Part shown: positions 12,401-23,292 of the stretch, piece by piece
Layout of the letters: each line of letters begins with the position of its first letter
Numbering within the stretch: position 1 is the first letter of the stretch
Translations under genes and position numbers: made by a program
DNA from: Octopus bimaculoides
Lineage: Eukaryota
Reading direction: 5' to 3'
DNA: 47,231 nucleotides
Assembly: GCF_001194135.2 (NCBI RefSeq)
Contig: NC_068985.1
Location: 26,403,339 to 26,450,569 of the forward strand
The notes under the pieces: generated by a model
Databases searched by the model: none
The model's input: the letters and a program-made list of their open reading frames with translations, nothing else
Told to the model about the DNA's origin: nothing

Positions 12401-12904
12401 ATCCACTCAAAAGGCTTTGATCTGCCTTATGCTATCGTAGAAGACACTTGTCCAAAGTGTCGCACAGTAGGACTGAACCTGGAACCATGTGGTTGGGAAG
12501 CAAAACTTACTACACAGCCACACTTTATTGTTTCTGACTTTTCTGTGATGTGCACCAGTTTGTTTTCATAGTTTTTTTTTTAGCATATATTGTTCTTTAT
12601 CTCTTTACAGGCTGACTTTGTGTTAGTTTGCTGTAACAAGGAATATAAAAAATCTGTGGAATTTCAGTCAAATTTAATTAACGATGAAAATCCTCAAGCA
12701 CTTCATACAAAACTAATATATGACAACATGTATGACCTATATACATCAGGCAAAAACATTGATCATTTCATACCAGTGGTCCTAAACGGTTGTACTGTTT
12801 CTGATATACCCAATTGGTTGATAAAAGATAGCATCTTCATGTGGCCAAGTCAGAAAAAGGATATTATTTCATACATCACATCTAAAAAGCAACTTTTATT
12901 ATAA
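2252..12904 (+). CDS. TRAF3IP2: Death domain + SEFIR adaptor (Act1/CIKS/CIKSL-like); CDS join 2252-2395, 4378-4534, 7050-7427, 8885-9048, 12611-12904
   Basis: All introns GT-AG, phases 0,1,1,0 join into one open frame (1137 nt, 378 aa + stop). SEFIR-like C-terminus resembles Act1. Symbol denotes family likeness; orthology is not proven. Confidence 0.85.
2648..2870 (-). mobile_element. RTE 3'-UTR-derived repeat with (GAT)n tail
   Basis: (CAT)n, then reverse complement of the GGAAGGG.ATCCAGC...GTTAAA tail seen at 1340-1468. Confidence 0.65.
2918..3130 (-). mobile_element. RTE 3'-UTR-derived repeat, degenerate
   Basis: (CAT)n followed by the same tail in reverse. Confidence 0.55.
3935..4085 (-). 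mobile_element. RTE LINE extreme 3' coding fragment
   Basis: Minus frame RGRPKKTWYKVVKADLKTLSL, the GRPxKTW motif. Confidence 0.7.
4087..4206 (+). mobile_element. RTE 3'-UTR tail fragment
   Basis: CAGATTGGAGCCTGGTG...CCCATGCTAGCATGGAAAGCGGACGTTAAACGACGATGATGAT. Confidence 0.75.
4378..4534 (+). CDS. Coding exon 2, death domain C-half
   Basis: ttttcag acceptor; SLETKKSSHGSNTLKLFEEYSKDLSNTVGKLIEALKQIKRPRESNELEGAEK; donor gtatgt at 4535 (phase 1). TVGxLxxAL..I.R is death-domain-like. Confidence 0.85.
4774..5005. mobile_element. piggyBac-type MITE
   Basis: TTAA on both sides (4770-4773, 5006-5009); TIRs CCCTTTAGCATT / AATGCTAAAGGA. Confidence 0.75.
5245..5472 (-). mobile_element. RTE 3'-UTR-derived repeat with (GAT)n tail
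   Basis: Reverse complement of the 1290-1468 sequence. Confidence 0.8.
6018..6401 (-). mobile_element. tRNA-derived SINE, family A (CORE-like)
   Basis: Reverse complement of the 7735-8115 copy. Confidence 0.8.
6405..6925 (+). mobile_element. Two partial family A SINEs in tandem
   Basis: GGAAACTGAAAGAAGCC-(TA)n(TG)n-...GGCGGTGCTCCAGCATGGCC...GACTGAAAC, then a second 3' half. Confidence 0.7.
7050..7427 (+). CDS. Coding exon 3, Ser/Asn-rich linker with PPEDHF motif
   Basis: Poly-T acceptor ending taattag at 7049, open frame, donor gtaagt at 7428, phase 1-1; overlaps ORF 7094..7459. Confidence 0.8.
7735..8115 (+). mobile_element. tRNA-derived SINE, family A, full length
   Basis: Pol III A box TGGCTGTGTGG, B box GGTTCAGTCCC, CORE-like GGCATCTTGGGCAAGTGTC, internal TA/TG microsatellite, tail GACTGAAACAAGTAAAAGA. 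May be one of the octopus OK/OR1/OR2 families; not assigned. Confidence 0.85.
8239..8560 (-). mobile_element. hAT transposase C-terminal dimerisation domain fragment
   Basis: LLTTKATSVQSERAFSITGLFNTKIRTNLSGKTLNALCF, matching the hAT TSxxxERxFS...RxxL motif. Confidence 0.8.
8885..9048 (+). CDS. Coding exon 4, SEFIR box 1
   Basis: ttctcag acceptor; KFGSIRLFISYPDGEKSFLRNVLSLCQHLDLLFHCNVDLKNHRLNKQKVEDYFQY; donor gtaagt at 9049. Confidence 0.85.
9363..9538 (+). mobile_element. Family A SINE 5' half
   Basis: GGAGTGGCTGTGGGGTAAG...GGTTCAGTCCC...GAAACTGAAAGAAACC. Confidence 0.8.
9540..9985. mobile_element. Possible pogo/Tigger-type non-autonomous DNA transposon remnant
   Basis: Repeated TATACTC(G/A)AG motifs near the right end resemble pogo-type subterminal sequence; termini are not intact. 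Confidence 0.35.
10176..11040 (+). repeat. 62-bp minisatellite array
   Basis: Units start at 10176, 10238, 10300, 10362, 10424; gap 10478-10908; further copies follow the gap. Confidence 0.9.
11040..11213 (+). mobile_element. RTE 3'-UTR tail closing the minisatellite
   Basis: GTAAAAGCACCCACTACACTC...GGAAGGGCATCCAGCTGTAGAAAC...GTTAAATGATGATGAT, near-identical to 1300-1468. Confidence 0.85.
11343..11690 (+). mobile_element. Family A SINE, diverged
   Basis: A/B box remnants, GGCACCTTAGGCAAGTGTC, (TG)n, 3' half. Confidence 0.7.
11905..12070 (+). mobile_element. tRNA-derived SINE, family B, partial
   Basis: CGTTCTGAGTTCAAATTCC...GACTTTGCCTTTCATTCTTTTGGGGTTGATAAATTAAGTACCAG. Confidence 0.75.
12192..12520 (-). 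mobile_element. Family A SINE, diverged
   Basis: Reverse complement similarity to 7735-8115. Confidence 0.7.
12611..12904 (+). CDS. Terminal coding exon, SEFIR C-half
   Basis: tttacag acceptor; ADFVLVCCNKEYKKSVE...LHTKLIYDNM...HFIPVVLNG...IPNWL...FMWPSQKKDI, parallel to Act1 LHTKYI..FRFIPVLF..VPTWL..YSWPKNKK as recalled; stop TAA. Confidence 0.9.
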   Translation, partial: ADFVLVCCNKEYKKSVEFQSNLINDENPQALHTKLIYDNMYDLYTSGKNIDHFIPVVLNGCTVSDIPNWLIKDSIFMWPSQKKDIISYITSKKQLLL

Positions 12905-12994
12905 CCGAAATTATTTTGTTGGAAATGTGTTTTGTACATAAATTTTTTATGAAGTTGTATTTCTAATATACTGTACTTTCATATAGATGTACAG

Positions 12995-13000
12995 AATAAA
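12995..13000 (+). promoter_or_regulatory. Candidate polyadenylation signal of the SEFIR gene
   Basis: AATAAA about 90 nt after the stop codon. Confidence 0.5.
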
Positions 13001-13671
13001 ATGTACTTATATTCTTGTTTAAATTTCTTTTTTTTTTCCTGTGTTCTTGATTTGCTATTATGTCAGTTCAGTAACCTCTAGCACTGTTTTATCTGAAAGT
13101 GCTTTAGTTGTGACAAACACTTCTACACTTGATGGATTATCCATTGACATAGTGATAGAATCATATTTTCCATTTTCTGTTGAAATACAATATTGTGAGT
13201 ATAGATACAAAGAACAATTACATAGAAAGAGTATGGTGATAAGTATAGATTTTAAAAAAACCAAAAAAAACCCCCAAATAACCCATTTACTATTACTTTT
13301 TCTGTTTTAATATATTATACATGTGAGAAAAGAGGAGTGTTTTGACGTTCCTATTTACATATTTATCTATCGCAAAATATGTAACGCTATTATAGAAACA
13401 CATTCTGCTTTTAAGAGGAGTTTCTTTTATGTGTTGAAATAATTTTGGAGGAAACAACAACATACAAAGAAATATTGTCTTTGGAAATCTTGAATTAATC
13501 TGAAAGAGAATGCTAATTCCCGATCTCTGTGGGGAAAAGCAGTGGTGAAATGCTTAATCATTACAATTTCAAACAATAGGGTATTAGCCATTAGGTGTAC
13601 AACTGGCATAGAAAACATTTGTAATATTGAGCTACAGAGGGCGGTGTATGCAGTCATTCAGTCTGCTAGAG

Positions 13672-14027
13672 CAATGGTTCTCAGCTAGGTTCTACACGAC
13701 CCTTTGGGGGTTCACACAAGCAAAACAATAAATTAGGGGTCCATGGTAGTATTTCAGGTGTTAATGAAATAATTTTGCTTTAGACATATTGTAAGAGACA
13801 ACATAAATTTCTTTCTTGAAATTTTTTACATAGTATAACATGTTTCCGGCCATTGAAACTGCAATGAAAAACTTACACAAGTGAATGGGTGAAAAACAAA
13901 ATAGGAATTTTGAAAGAAGTATCTATAAAACTAGTTTTTTAATATTGAATGGCTATGGGATTCATTAGAATAAAATAGTAACCAAAGGGGTCTATGGGTG
14001 AAAAAAAAAAATGGTTGAGAACCACTG
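13672..14027. mobile_element. hAT (Charlie-like) MITE
   Basis: TIRs CAATGGTTCTCAGC / GGTTGAGAACCACTG; 8-bp flanks TGCTAGAG / TGCTGGAT (6/8 identical). Confidence 0.75.
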
Positions 14028-14259
14028 TGCTGGATTTAGCTGTCAAAATTCTTTTAAATCACTCTCTACCATTTTTAAAAAAGGAATGTCACAGTAGACT
14101 ATGTAGTCCTAGATACACTATGTCTGAAATAGATGGGATGGTCATGGCTGGAATGCCTTTGATCATAAGTCAGCTTGGTCAGGGTTAATCTGGAGCTAAG
14201 TAGCAAATGTAACATGTTCATGAAATGAAGTGTTAGAGGATGTTCAAATTTGCATTCAT

Positions 14260-14585
14260 AATACGACACCTGAGACTGAGCATCAACATCACCCAGAGAG
14301 ACACGGTCAGAGAAGCCATTATTTTAGAGAAAGCCAGACTTCTTAGCATTGAGGGAAATACTGGTACTGTGAAACTGCTGTTGGTTGGGCATATCCAAAA
14401 ACTGGAAAAAACTCAGTAACCAAGACAAATACTCTGCTCACAGCTGGTTAGTGATTTGAGAAATCAGGGAAGATCTAAATTGTGAGTGAGACACTAGGGT
14501 CTAGTAAACCGGAACAAGCTGAGATTAAATATGTGATAGTCACAGTGGCTCAGGACAGAAACCTGTGGAGAAGAGCAATCCACTT
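14260..14585 (+). mobile_element. RTE (BovB-like) LINE 3' fragment
   Basis: Decayed frames include LEKARLLSIE, VGHI and PRQILCSQL...NQGRSKL. Confidence 0.55.
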
Positions 14586-15827
14586 TTGGTACTAGAACTT
14601 GTGATTATAAATATAGAAAATCATCATTGATATTAATGAACAGCCTATGATGCATTTCAATATTTCATGTGTCACTATAGTTACCTTATTTGCTATCGAT
14701 GCAACAGATTGACTTTGAAACATCTAGTTGTCACCTGACAGAGACTGGAGATGCAGCAACACATGTACCAAAGTCTGTGTAATTGGAATGGAAATGTTTC
14801 AGATAAATAGTAATCTCTTAAGAAAAAGAGAGAAATAAGAGTCACAAAATAATTGAAAATGTCATATCTAGATTATTTGTTAAACATTAACAATAAATAA
14901 CTTCATAAATAATATTTTCATTTCTTAAATCGTCTGAAGATAGTCAGAACATTAAAATTCTCTGCTTCTTGGAAAATAATAGCCATTTTATTTTCTAACT
15001 GATCAATTTGTTAATTAAGTAATTTCAGATTATTTAATTGGCCTGAAAAAATAAAATTAAGTTTAATAAATTTAAAAATGACTCAAACAGTATGAACATA
15101 CAGCAGGTGGATGGCAGATTCAGTAGAGTCTTATGGTATCATCCTGTTCTGGTTTCAAATCTTGCTCGAGTTCACTCACTCTTTTATCCTTCTAAGGTCA
15201 AAAGAATAACAAGAGGCTCAATGCAATTGACTTATAACCTTGAAGGTAATGCCCCAGCTAGGCCACTGTTCAATGACTAAAATAATTATAGAATACCTTA
15301 AGGAAAAGAAAATTTTATTCCACACAAATTCTTCAGAGCAATTCTAGTTTATAAACTGCATTGAATTTTATTCTACACAATTTGGGTTAAGGTGTTTGAG
15401 CTGTTAGACAAATATGGTTACATTTACTGGAAACAAAATAATCAATGACAGTTGCCTCCCTTAGGTCAGAGGCGCAAGAAATGTTTTCGGAGTAGATTCC
15501 TTTACGACTCGATAGAAATTTAAAGCAACAAATAACAACTGTACAAGCCCAAAGAAGCGTACAAAAGTCAACGCATTGTAGTCTAGTGATAATTTCGAAT
15601 CCCATTTAAAGCGTGGCACTTTTTTTAAAGGAAAACTTTGAATTCTACGGGCTATTATATTTATATAATTTCATCACAATAAGTGTTGAAAGGTTCCAAT
15701 GGTTAGATTGAACGGTCAAATATTGACTGATTGAGAAGAGGACCAGGATGAAAAAAATTACCTATGCTCTTCTTACTCTATGAAGCTGAATTATGCAAAT
15801 GCTTAAACAGAGAGCGTTTATATATAT

Positions 15828-16865
15828 ATTAAGTAAAAAGTAAGTAACATTTTGAAACATCAAATTCATCACAATATATTTCAACAATGCGGAGATTTTA
15901 TTCATCAGAGTAAGTACCATTACAATCAACACATTTTTGCCAACGAGTTACAAGTTTGTTTATTCCGATAACATAAAAATCTGGAGTCCCAGAGCTGATG
16001 AACTCTTTGAACGCATTTTCAGCATCTGTTTGATTTTTGAACTCCTCTCGCAGGAAACCATCAAGGTTCTTGAAAAAGTAGTAGTCTGTAAGAGAAACGT
16101 CTGGGGAAGAAGCTGGGTGGCGAAGAACTTCATAGCCAAGTTCCCTCAACTTCTGGAACGTGATTAGTGAAACCTGTGGTCGAGCATTGTCTTGAACAAT
16201 AATTGGCCCTCTTCTATTGACCAGTCTGGAACGGAGGAGTAATGGTTTTTCCAGGTTTTAAGAAGTTGTAGTGACGCCTTTGATAGCAGACAACATTTCT
16301 GGAAAGCTTATCCACGCATGCGCAGGGACTAGTTCCGGAAGGAACACAGGAAGAGTCTCATGCGCATGCGTAGTCATCGATATCCAAGCTTTGCGCCCTT
16401 ATTCATTCTCTTTCTCGCCGGCTGGCGAAGGGCCCAGACGTACAAGCAGCCTCTCTCCAACATTCCAACTCTGGAGCTAGACAAATAACCACTCAACATC
16501 ATTGACGGCGTCTCAGCAACCAAAGGGCGAAGTGCTGCCTATTTCCTCTGTAAATAAATATTGTTGTGTTGATAATTCAGAATCTGCGTTCTGTTGTTTC
16601 TTCAAGAAATTTAATGTCCGGAAGCGGAGTACACCTAATGGTGTATAACCACTTCTCCACAAAGTTATAGTGGATGAGCTCGGGTTTAGGGAAAATTTTC
16701 AGTGCTTCGTTTTGGTCCAACCACTGCGAAGAACGGTTTTTATTATTGTACAGAATACACTTTTCATCGCAAGTTACAATATGGTCAAGAAATGGATCGG
16801 TCTGGTTGCGGAGAAGAAACAACGAGCAAATTTCATATCGACGCATTTTCTGATTTTCGTTCAAT
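15828..16865 (-). mobile_element. Mariner transposon remnant, internally deleted and split by a solo LTR
   Basis: PFLDHIVTCDEKCILYNN (first D), IHYNF/LKPGKTIT across the insertion, and YEVLRHPASSPDVSLTDYYFF...WQKCVDCNGTY. Confidence 0.9.
16267..16661 (+). mobile_element. Solo LTR (Gypsy-type), 395 bp
   Basis: Starts TGTAG, ends CCACA; AAGT duplicated at 16263-16266 and 16662-16665; AATAAA near 16553; removing it restores the mariner IHYNFLKPG coding. Confidence 0.8.
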
Positions 16866-17035
16866 CCCCTTCAGCAGGGGGAGCGGCACTAGCACTTCTG
16901 CTGTGGAGGATGAGTCTTCTTGATTACAGCAAGGTGCCTATATATTTCAATCTTTTGTTATACCCTCTGTATGGTTCTGCATCCAGAGACCATCCTTCAG
17001 TACTTCGTCCCATGTCTTCCTTGGTCTCCTTCTTC
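16865..17035 (-). mobile_element. RTE LINE 3' end fragment
   Basis: Minus frame RRPRKTWDEVLKDGL. Confidence 0.65.
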
Positions 17036-17065
17036 ATATATATATATAGTATGCATATGTTTGTG

Positions 17066-17068
<3 letters not shown>

Positions 17069-17097
<29 letters not shown>
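17069..17097. repeat. (GA)n microsatellite
   Basis: Direct observation. Confidence 0.95.
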
Positions 17098-17103
<6 letters not shown>

Positions 17104-18690
17104 TGAGAAAGACAGAGAGAGGAAGAGGGAGAGAAAATGGGAGAAAAAGCACGGAGGAGACTGATAGATATGCACTCTTGTACTCAGATATATGCGTATC
17201 TACATATATACACAGGCCTAGACGCATGCACACTTGTAATTGAAGATATGTGGACTTGTATTTGTAACTATGATGATATATGAAGCTTGTCGAACAACCA
17301 ATGAAGAAACTGTTGTACTTTATTACAGAAATATGTAGAGAATATTCTCAATAAAAGGCGGTGCTCCAGCATGGCCGCAGTCAAATGACTGAAACAAGTA
17401 AAAGAGAGAAAGAGAATATTTTGATAGAAGTAAACGTATGCTCATTAAAATACCTTATTTTTAGCCATATTTTGTATGATTATATGTCGAATAACTATTA
17501 TTTTGTGTTAATTTTTTATTGTCATATAATGTTACATTCTCTTTACAGTCATATAGCTGTATACAATAAAATATCCTGCAGAAATGAACTGAGAAGGAAT
17601 ATATGTTGCTTGTTGCCCCTGCCTCAGTTTCCTGTACTAGCAGAGCCTAGTTAAGGACCATATGGTAATGTAACGTTGCTATACATTTTGTAACTAAGTC
17701 ATGGCACCAAGCAGCATTGATACAACCAATGCTTAAGTGCTTACAGGTGCAGAAGACAAGCCTACAAATTTGACTCTGAATTCATACTAGTCTTTAGATG
17801 TTTGGGTGAATTCCATCGTTCACCTATACTCACGTCTCTAGTACCAAAAAAGGTGGAGATTGAATATATTTTGAAATCAAACTTAATTTATGATATTTCC
17901 TGGATAAATGTTACTGATTTGATGATGTCACAATGACAATATAAAACAAATTGAAATTCTTTCGACTTGACGATGGTTCACAAAATAATTTCATGCACAC
18001 ACATACACACATAACCATAATTGTTACTTGGAAGCGCATATGATTTGGTAGTATGAGTATTCTTTTGATAATTGTTTTAGATGCCTATGTAGCCGCAAGC
18101 ATACGTAAGTGCCTCTCACCTGGCAGAATATCGAGGATATAGCACCAGCCAAAAGCTGGTACTCATTTTCTGCTTATTACGCAAAAACGTGAAATGAAAC
18201 ACCATCCTCAAGGATATATGAACTTGCCCGGCTCAGGAACAGAATCTACGATCTTGTGAAACCAACATTCGAATCCTTCAGATACGCGCCTTCGCTAACA
18301 TAAAAAATATATTGAGAAAATATAACGTGAAAAAAAAAAAGAGATTCAAAGGAAACTGGATTGGTTTACATCAGTAAAACTTGAAATGTATGTGTTTGAA
18401 TAAGTGTGCAGAGGAAAAAGATTTTCAAGTGGAAATCTCTTTCTTGTTAGACAAAGGTCGGTGCCAAAAATGTAAGAACTTTCCCCGCGATATGCTGACT
18501 TATCTAACCTTATGAATTTCATTATATAACAATAAATATGATTATATTTATTCATGTGTAACGATATACTATAACGGCTGAAAAGAGGTATTTACACCAA
18601 ATAAGTCAGTTTACATGTGTCCATTCGAGATGTGTGTATCAGCAATGATAGTGAATTCTTAAAGTCATCGAATTCTGCAGTCTTTTTTGT

Positions 18691-18919
18691 TTTCTTTATT
18701 GCCCACAAGGGGCTAAACATAGAGAGGACAAACAAGGACAGACAAACGGATTAAGTCAATTACATCGACCCCGGTGCGTAACTGGTACTTAATTTATCGA
18801 CCCCGAAAGGATGAAAGGCAAAGTTGACCTCGGCGGAATTTGAACTCAGAACGAACGGCAGACGAAATACCGTTAAGCATTTCGCCGGGCGTGCTAACGT
18901 TTCTGCCAGCTTGCCGCCT
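18691..18919 (-). mobile_element. Family B SINE, full length
   Basis: Reverse complement of GGCGGC..GCTGGCAGAAACGTTAGCACGCC...GGGGTCGATAAATTAAGTACCAG...CCCCTTGTGGGCAATAAAGAAA. Confidence 0.85.
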
Positions 18920-20845
18920 GCAGTCTAGTGAATGGCACAAGTTCCTACGGCAAGTTAACTTTAACCGTGTCATGATTACTGCTCAATTACTAGACAAACC
19001 ATCTGTATAAATCGAATGGTTTGTCAAAGAGAAGGCGCCAAAGACAAAAATCAATGGTGACATTCCAATACATTGTTTACAACAACTGGGAATTTAACTA
19101 GTGAAGTATCTGCTGGGTCAACTGTGATTTTCGCTCAGTCAGTCCAGCGATTTGATAAAAACAAGTTCTTCACGTGTCTACCAAGGGCTTTAATGGATAG
19201 CTGCTTTTTGACACCATCAATCTCTTGGTGTTTAGTAATTTTTACGCTAAAGCTCAGTGATTCAGGTTTGATTCCTAGGCAGTGAGTTAGCATTTGGGAC
19301 TCTGCCAACATTCTATCTGCACACGATACGCTTTCTGTACATTGTTCCAGTTTTGTTTTATGCTATTTTAAATTGAAATTTCTGTGTGCTGAGAGTGGGC
19401 GCTAAACCTGATGTTATATTTTCATTAGGATTTTATATTTTACAATGGTTATATCGCTTAGAAGTTTCTCACGTATTGACCGCTGATTTAGGTATGCAAG
19501 TTCATGTAGACATCTGTTCAGCAGCCAGGTTGAGTGAACCGAATAAGGTTTATTCAGAATTGCACGTTCTAATTAATTATGAATGAGTCGGCATCCACAT
19601 TATGACGTATTTTATGAAAATTTTAAGAGAGTAGAAAATGGGAAACAGTAGTGATCATATATTTCACAAATGACCTTTCATTTCTCAGGATGGATAAAAT
19701 CTACTGGAAGTGACTTGGAGTATACTAAACCNNNNNNNNNNNCCCCCCCCCCCCAAAAAAAAGGAAAGAAAGAAAAGATTCCTGTTCCTTTCTGATCTCT
19801 GCAGACCTGTTTTAGACGTTACGTACAATAGCTCTAAGTCAAGCAGAACATCAAATATTTAGATAACCCAAGGAAAATATTTTAACAGACGAAACTGATC
19901 ATTAAGGTTATCATATTTCAACTACGAGGGCAGCCAACATAATATGATACCGTTTCCCTTTTACAAGGATACTTTATAGCTTATGTTACGAACTGGAAAT
20001 AGATCAGTATTGGAAACGATTAGTGTTTCAGAAGGTACAAAATAAATAAACAAACAAAGGAGTAAGAAAAAAAAAATCACAAAAAATATAGGAATAAAAA
20101 AATGCATGTCATTTTACTATAACTGGAATTGGTACCAAAAACTGCGACGGTTAACTACTCTTCTTTCAGTTGATGTTAATTTAATGACAGATACTTAAAT
20201 GAAATATTGAGATGCACACACATATTAAACTTCATTTGTGCATTTAAGATCACACATTTTGCGCACACACACACACAAGCATGGCGGGAGTGTTCGTTGA
20301 TAATCCCCTCTATTCGACCGCTCCAACAAACCACATTTTTACTCGTGCTCAGTGGATACAGAAATATATATAACTGAGCACAAGTAAAAATGTGATTTGC
20401 TGAGGCAGTTGAAAAGGATCAAAACATGCCCGTTGCATTCATCTGTCGGTTTCAAAGAAAAGATCAACTCTCTTTGTATTGCCTTTCTTTTCCAAAAATT
20501 TCATTACTCTATGACAAAGTACGTATGTAAGTATCAAAATTGGTATCAAATAGTCATTTCACGATTAAAAAGTTTTTGCGATATTTTTGTTGTATCAGCA
20601 TTGTAGTTTTGATTAATTACATAATTAATTAGCTTAGTCAACTTGTCCTATGATCTTTTACTTTTCTGGGCAAGCTGAAAAGTTTACGGGCAAAAAATTT
20701 CGATTCTGTTTCATTTCCCCAAAACATTTTTAAACCGGACATTTTTCTCTACGTTTTTTGACAATTTTCTCTCTGAAGAATTTATTTTATATTTAACAAC
20801 TTTGGCTTCTACATTGCTGAATTCTGTTGGTGTTGACGTCCATTT

Positions 20846-21121
20846 TGTGTCGTCAGATGCGATAACGATGCCTCAGTCACGAGCAAAGTTGCAGTCTATG
20901 CTTACTGCCTCGCCTTGCGACTCAACCTCGTAGCGGTTGACTACATAAAAAGTGTAAACTCTGCAGGAAAATTGTTTTACTATAGTGCAGCAGCTCTACC
21001 TGTTCGTGACTCAGTCCACTATGCACCAGTACTTCATACAGCTAGAAGAGAAAAGAAAAGGTGGGGACAGCCAGTGAAGTTAAAAGCTTGTCCAAGCACC
21101 TTGGATACGTTACCATTGTAG
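20846..21121 (+). mobile_element. hAT (ZMYM-like) transposase core fragment, decayed
   Basis: CVVRCDNDASVTSKVAVYAYCLALRLNLVAVD resembles the hAT motifs C.GQ.YDGAS.MSG and YVHCYAHRLNLV. Confidence 0.55.
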
Positions 21122-23292
21122 TAAGCATGTTCCTTTTTACCTTTAACTATAACCATTTTGGCTCATAACGTGATGGTCGAGCCCATCTAGCTTTATGCGG
21201 GCTGTCCACCCCTTAATGCGATAGACCAATCAAGCGCGCCAATATCAGCTATATAGGGGAAGCTGTGCTGTGGTGGGTCGGCACGAGCGAGTTCGGATCT
21301 TCGGCATGAGAGCAGTTTTATTCCACTTTGCAGCTTCAGTGAGGAGAGAAATGTCAGGAGAATTTCTTGGCGTCATGCTTTGTGTTTTTCCCGCGCACCT
21401 CAACACGAACAAGATGGACCTATGTATTTTATTTAACAGAATTATTCATGTATACCAGTTGCTGTATTTTCCTTTAGCGGCGAAATAAATGTGACAGTCG
21501 ACTTCTAAACAAAAAGTGAAACATTGGGGGATGGTTTGGGGTAAGGGGTTTAAAATTTTGAAATGCCGATTGTTTTGCAGATTCGGAATCTCTGGAGTCG
21601 AAAAAACGGGTTTCTGTAGAAAAAAAAAACCGAAATGGGGTCCAATGCTCTTTACCTCCGCCATTGACTTTAACTTGTTTTCGTATTTCTTGATGTTTTT
21701 TATCATGACTTATTAACCCAGAAGATATTACCAGGGCCCTATCCACATTGCATCTTTTCAACCATACTAAAGCGTGTGTAGGTACCGTGCGATGCGAGGT
21801 GAGGAGAATGGTTCCTTAGTAGATCACACGGTCGATACAATAACTGGCTGTGTCTACGTAGTCAGTAGCTTGACCTTAAAAGGTCAGTAACCAAAGACGT
21901 GTATTGAGGAAAAAGCTGGGTTTTTATAAAATGTAGTAGGCTTGAAATAAGGTTCGGAAAAGGTTGTTCACGTGATACTATCAAAAGTCTCTGGCTGGCT
22001 ATCTGCGGTCAGTTGGCACAACAGAGTAGGAGACAAATTGTGCCAATCCCAACCAATCAGAGTAGTGGACATAACGGGATACAAACAGCGGCCGAAGGCC
22101 AGTAGGTCCTTGCTACATTAAAATGCACGTATATAGAGAGTTTACGCTACACGTGCATCATACTAAGCTGTAAATTGTATGTTTCAATTTATTTTAGACA
22201 CTTTTTGCATTTCAATGAAGCTACAAGATCACAGATGACACAAACTGAGAGCCAATCTGTCAAATCAAACAAGCTGGAACGCGATGGTATGTAACGCAGG
22301 ACAACCAACTGGTTTGGAAATAGCCAAAACAGTGAAACCATAACATTTAGAGGACTCGGTTGTTAAAAGCCTACCGACAAGTAATAGGGAGCTTCTCGCT
22401 GATTTTCACTGCGAAAATTCCTATTTTGGATCAGATTTGCTCAAAGTACAGAAACTTTAAAATTTCTAGCTTCACATATTCTTATCCACAATCATCTTGA
22501 CAAGTACCCATGGTGTATCGTAACTGTGCCGACTCCATTGGCGGAAAATGTTGGTATTGTAAAAAAGAGATAACTGATTTCCCTCAGCGATTCATTTTGA
22601 GCTGATACTCGTCGATCCAAACGATATCATTCTGCAGTAGAAGGAACTTGGGAAAACTACAAAGCATATATATTTTTGTGGGGGTCATACACGGTATCTC
22701 AGATGATCCTTTTGAGGATTATATGCAAGATTTCTTGCTTCGTTGCTCATGCAAAATCAATCTGATAGGGGCAATTATATTAGGTCAAACAATACTGTCT
22801 TTGTTAAATATTAGTTTTTTAACACTTACATATTCGTGGAGGGAGAAGTACAATATTTATACTTAGAATACGCAATTAAATATACATATTTTGAAGCATT
22901 AGTGCTTGTTTCGTGAGAAAATTAAATGATGTTCGTGTTTCTATTGTTATTCTTTTATTCCGAATAAGTACTTTAAAATACACGTTCATAAAAAAAAATA
23001 AGTTACATAAAAAGTTACTGATATTTAAAGCATTTACGATGGTAACAAAAAAAACATGCAGCTTTCTTAATGTAGATATTTCGGTGTTTCCTTTGTTACA
23101 AAATTGTTGAGCCAGTCGTTAAGAAAAACATTGAAGTGTTTTTGTTAGAGCTTAGAAAAAACAAGGCAGTTGTGTTCCTGTGTAATATATCTGTAATTGT
23201 ATGTATAAACAGAAAACTTTGCTCGACTGCATGTTTATATTCTAACAATGTTTTCAAATAGTAAATCTTTGGCATATTTTTACTGAGGTTAA

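Noticed and set aside
13058-13264. ORF MVFLKSILITILFLC... as a small secreted peptide
   Set aside because: The apparent signal peptide is the translation of a pyrimidine-rich splice-acceptor-like tract.
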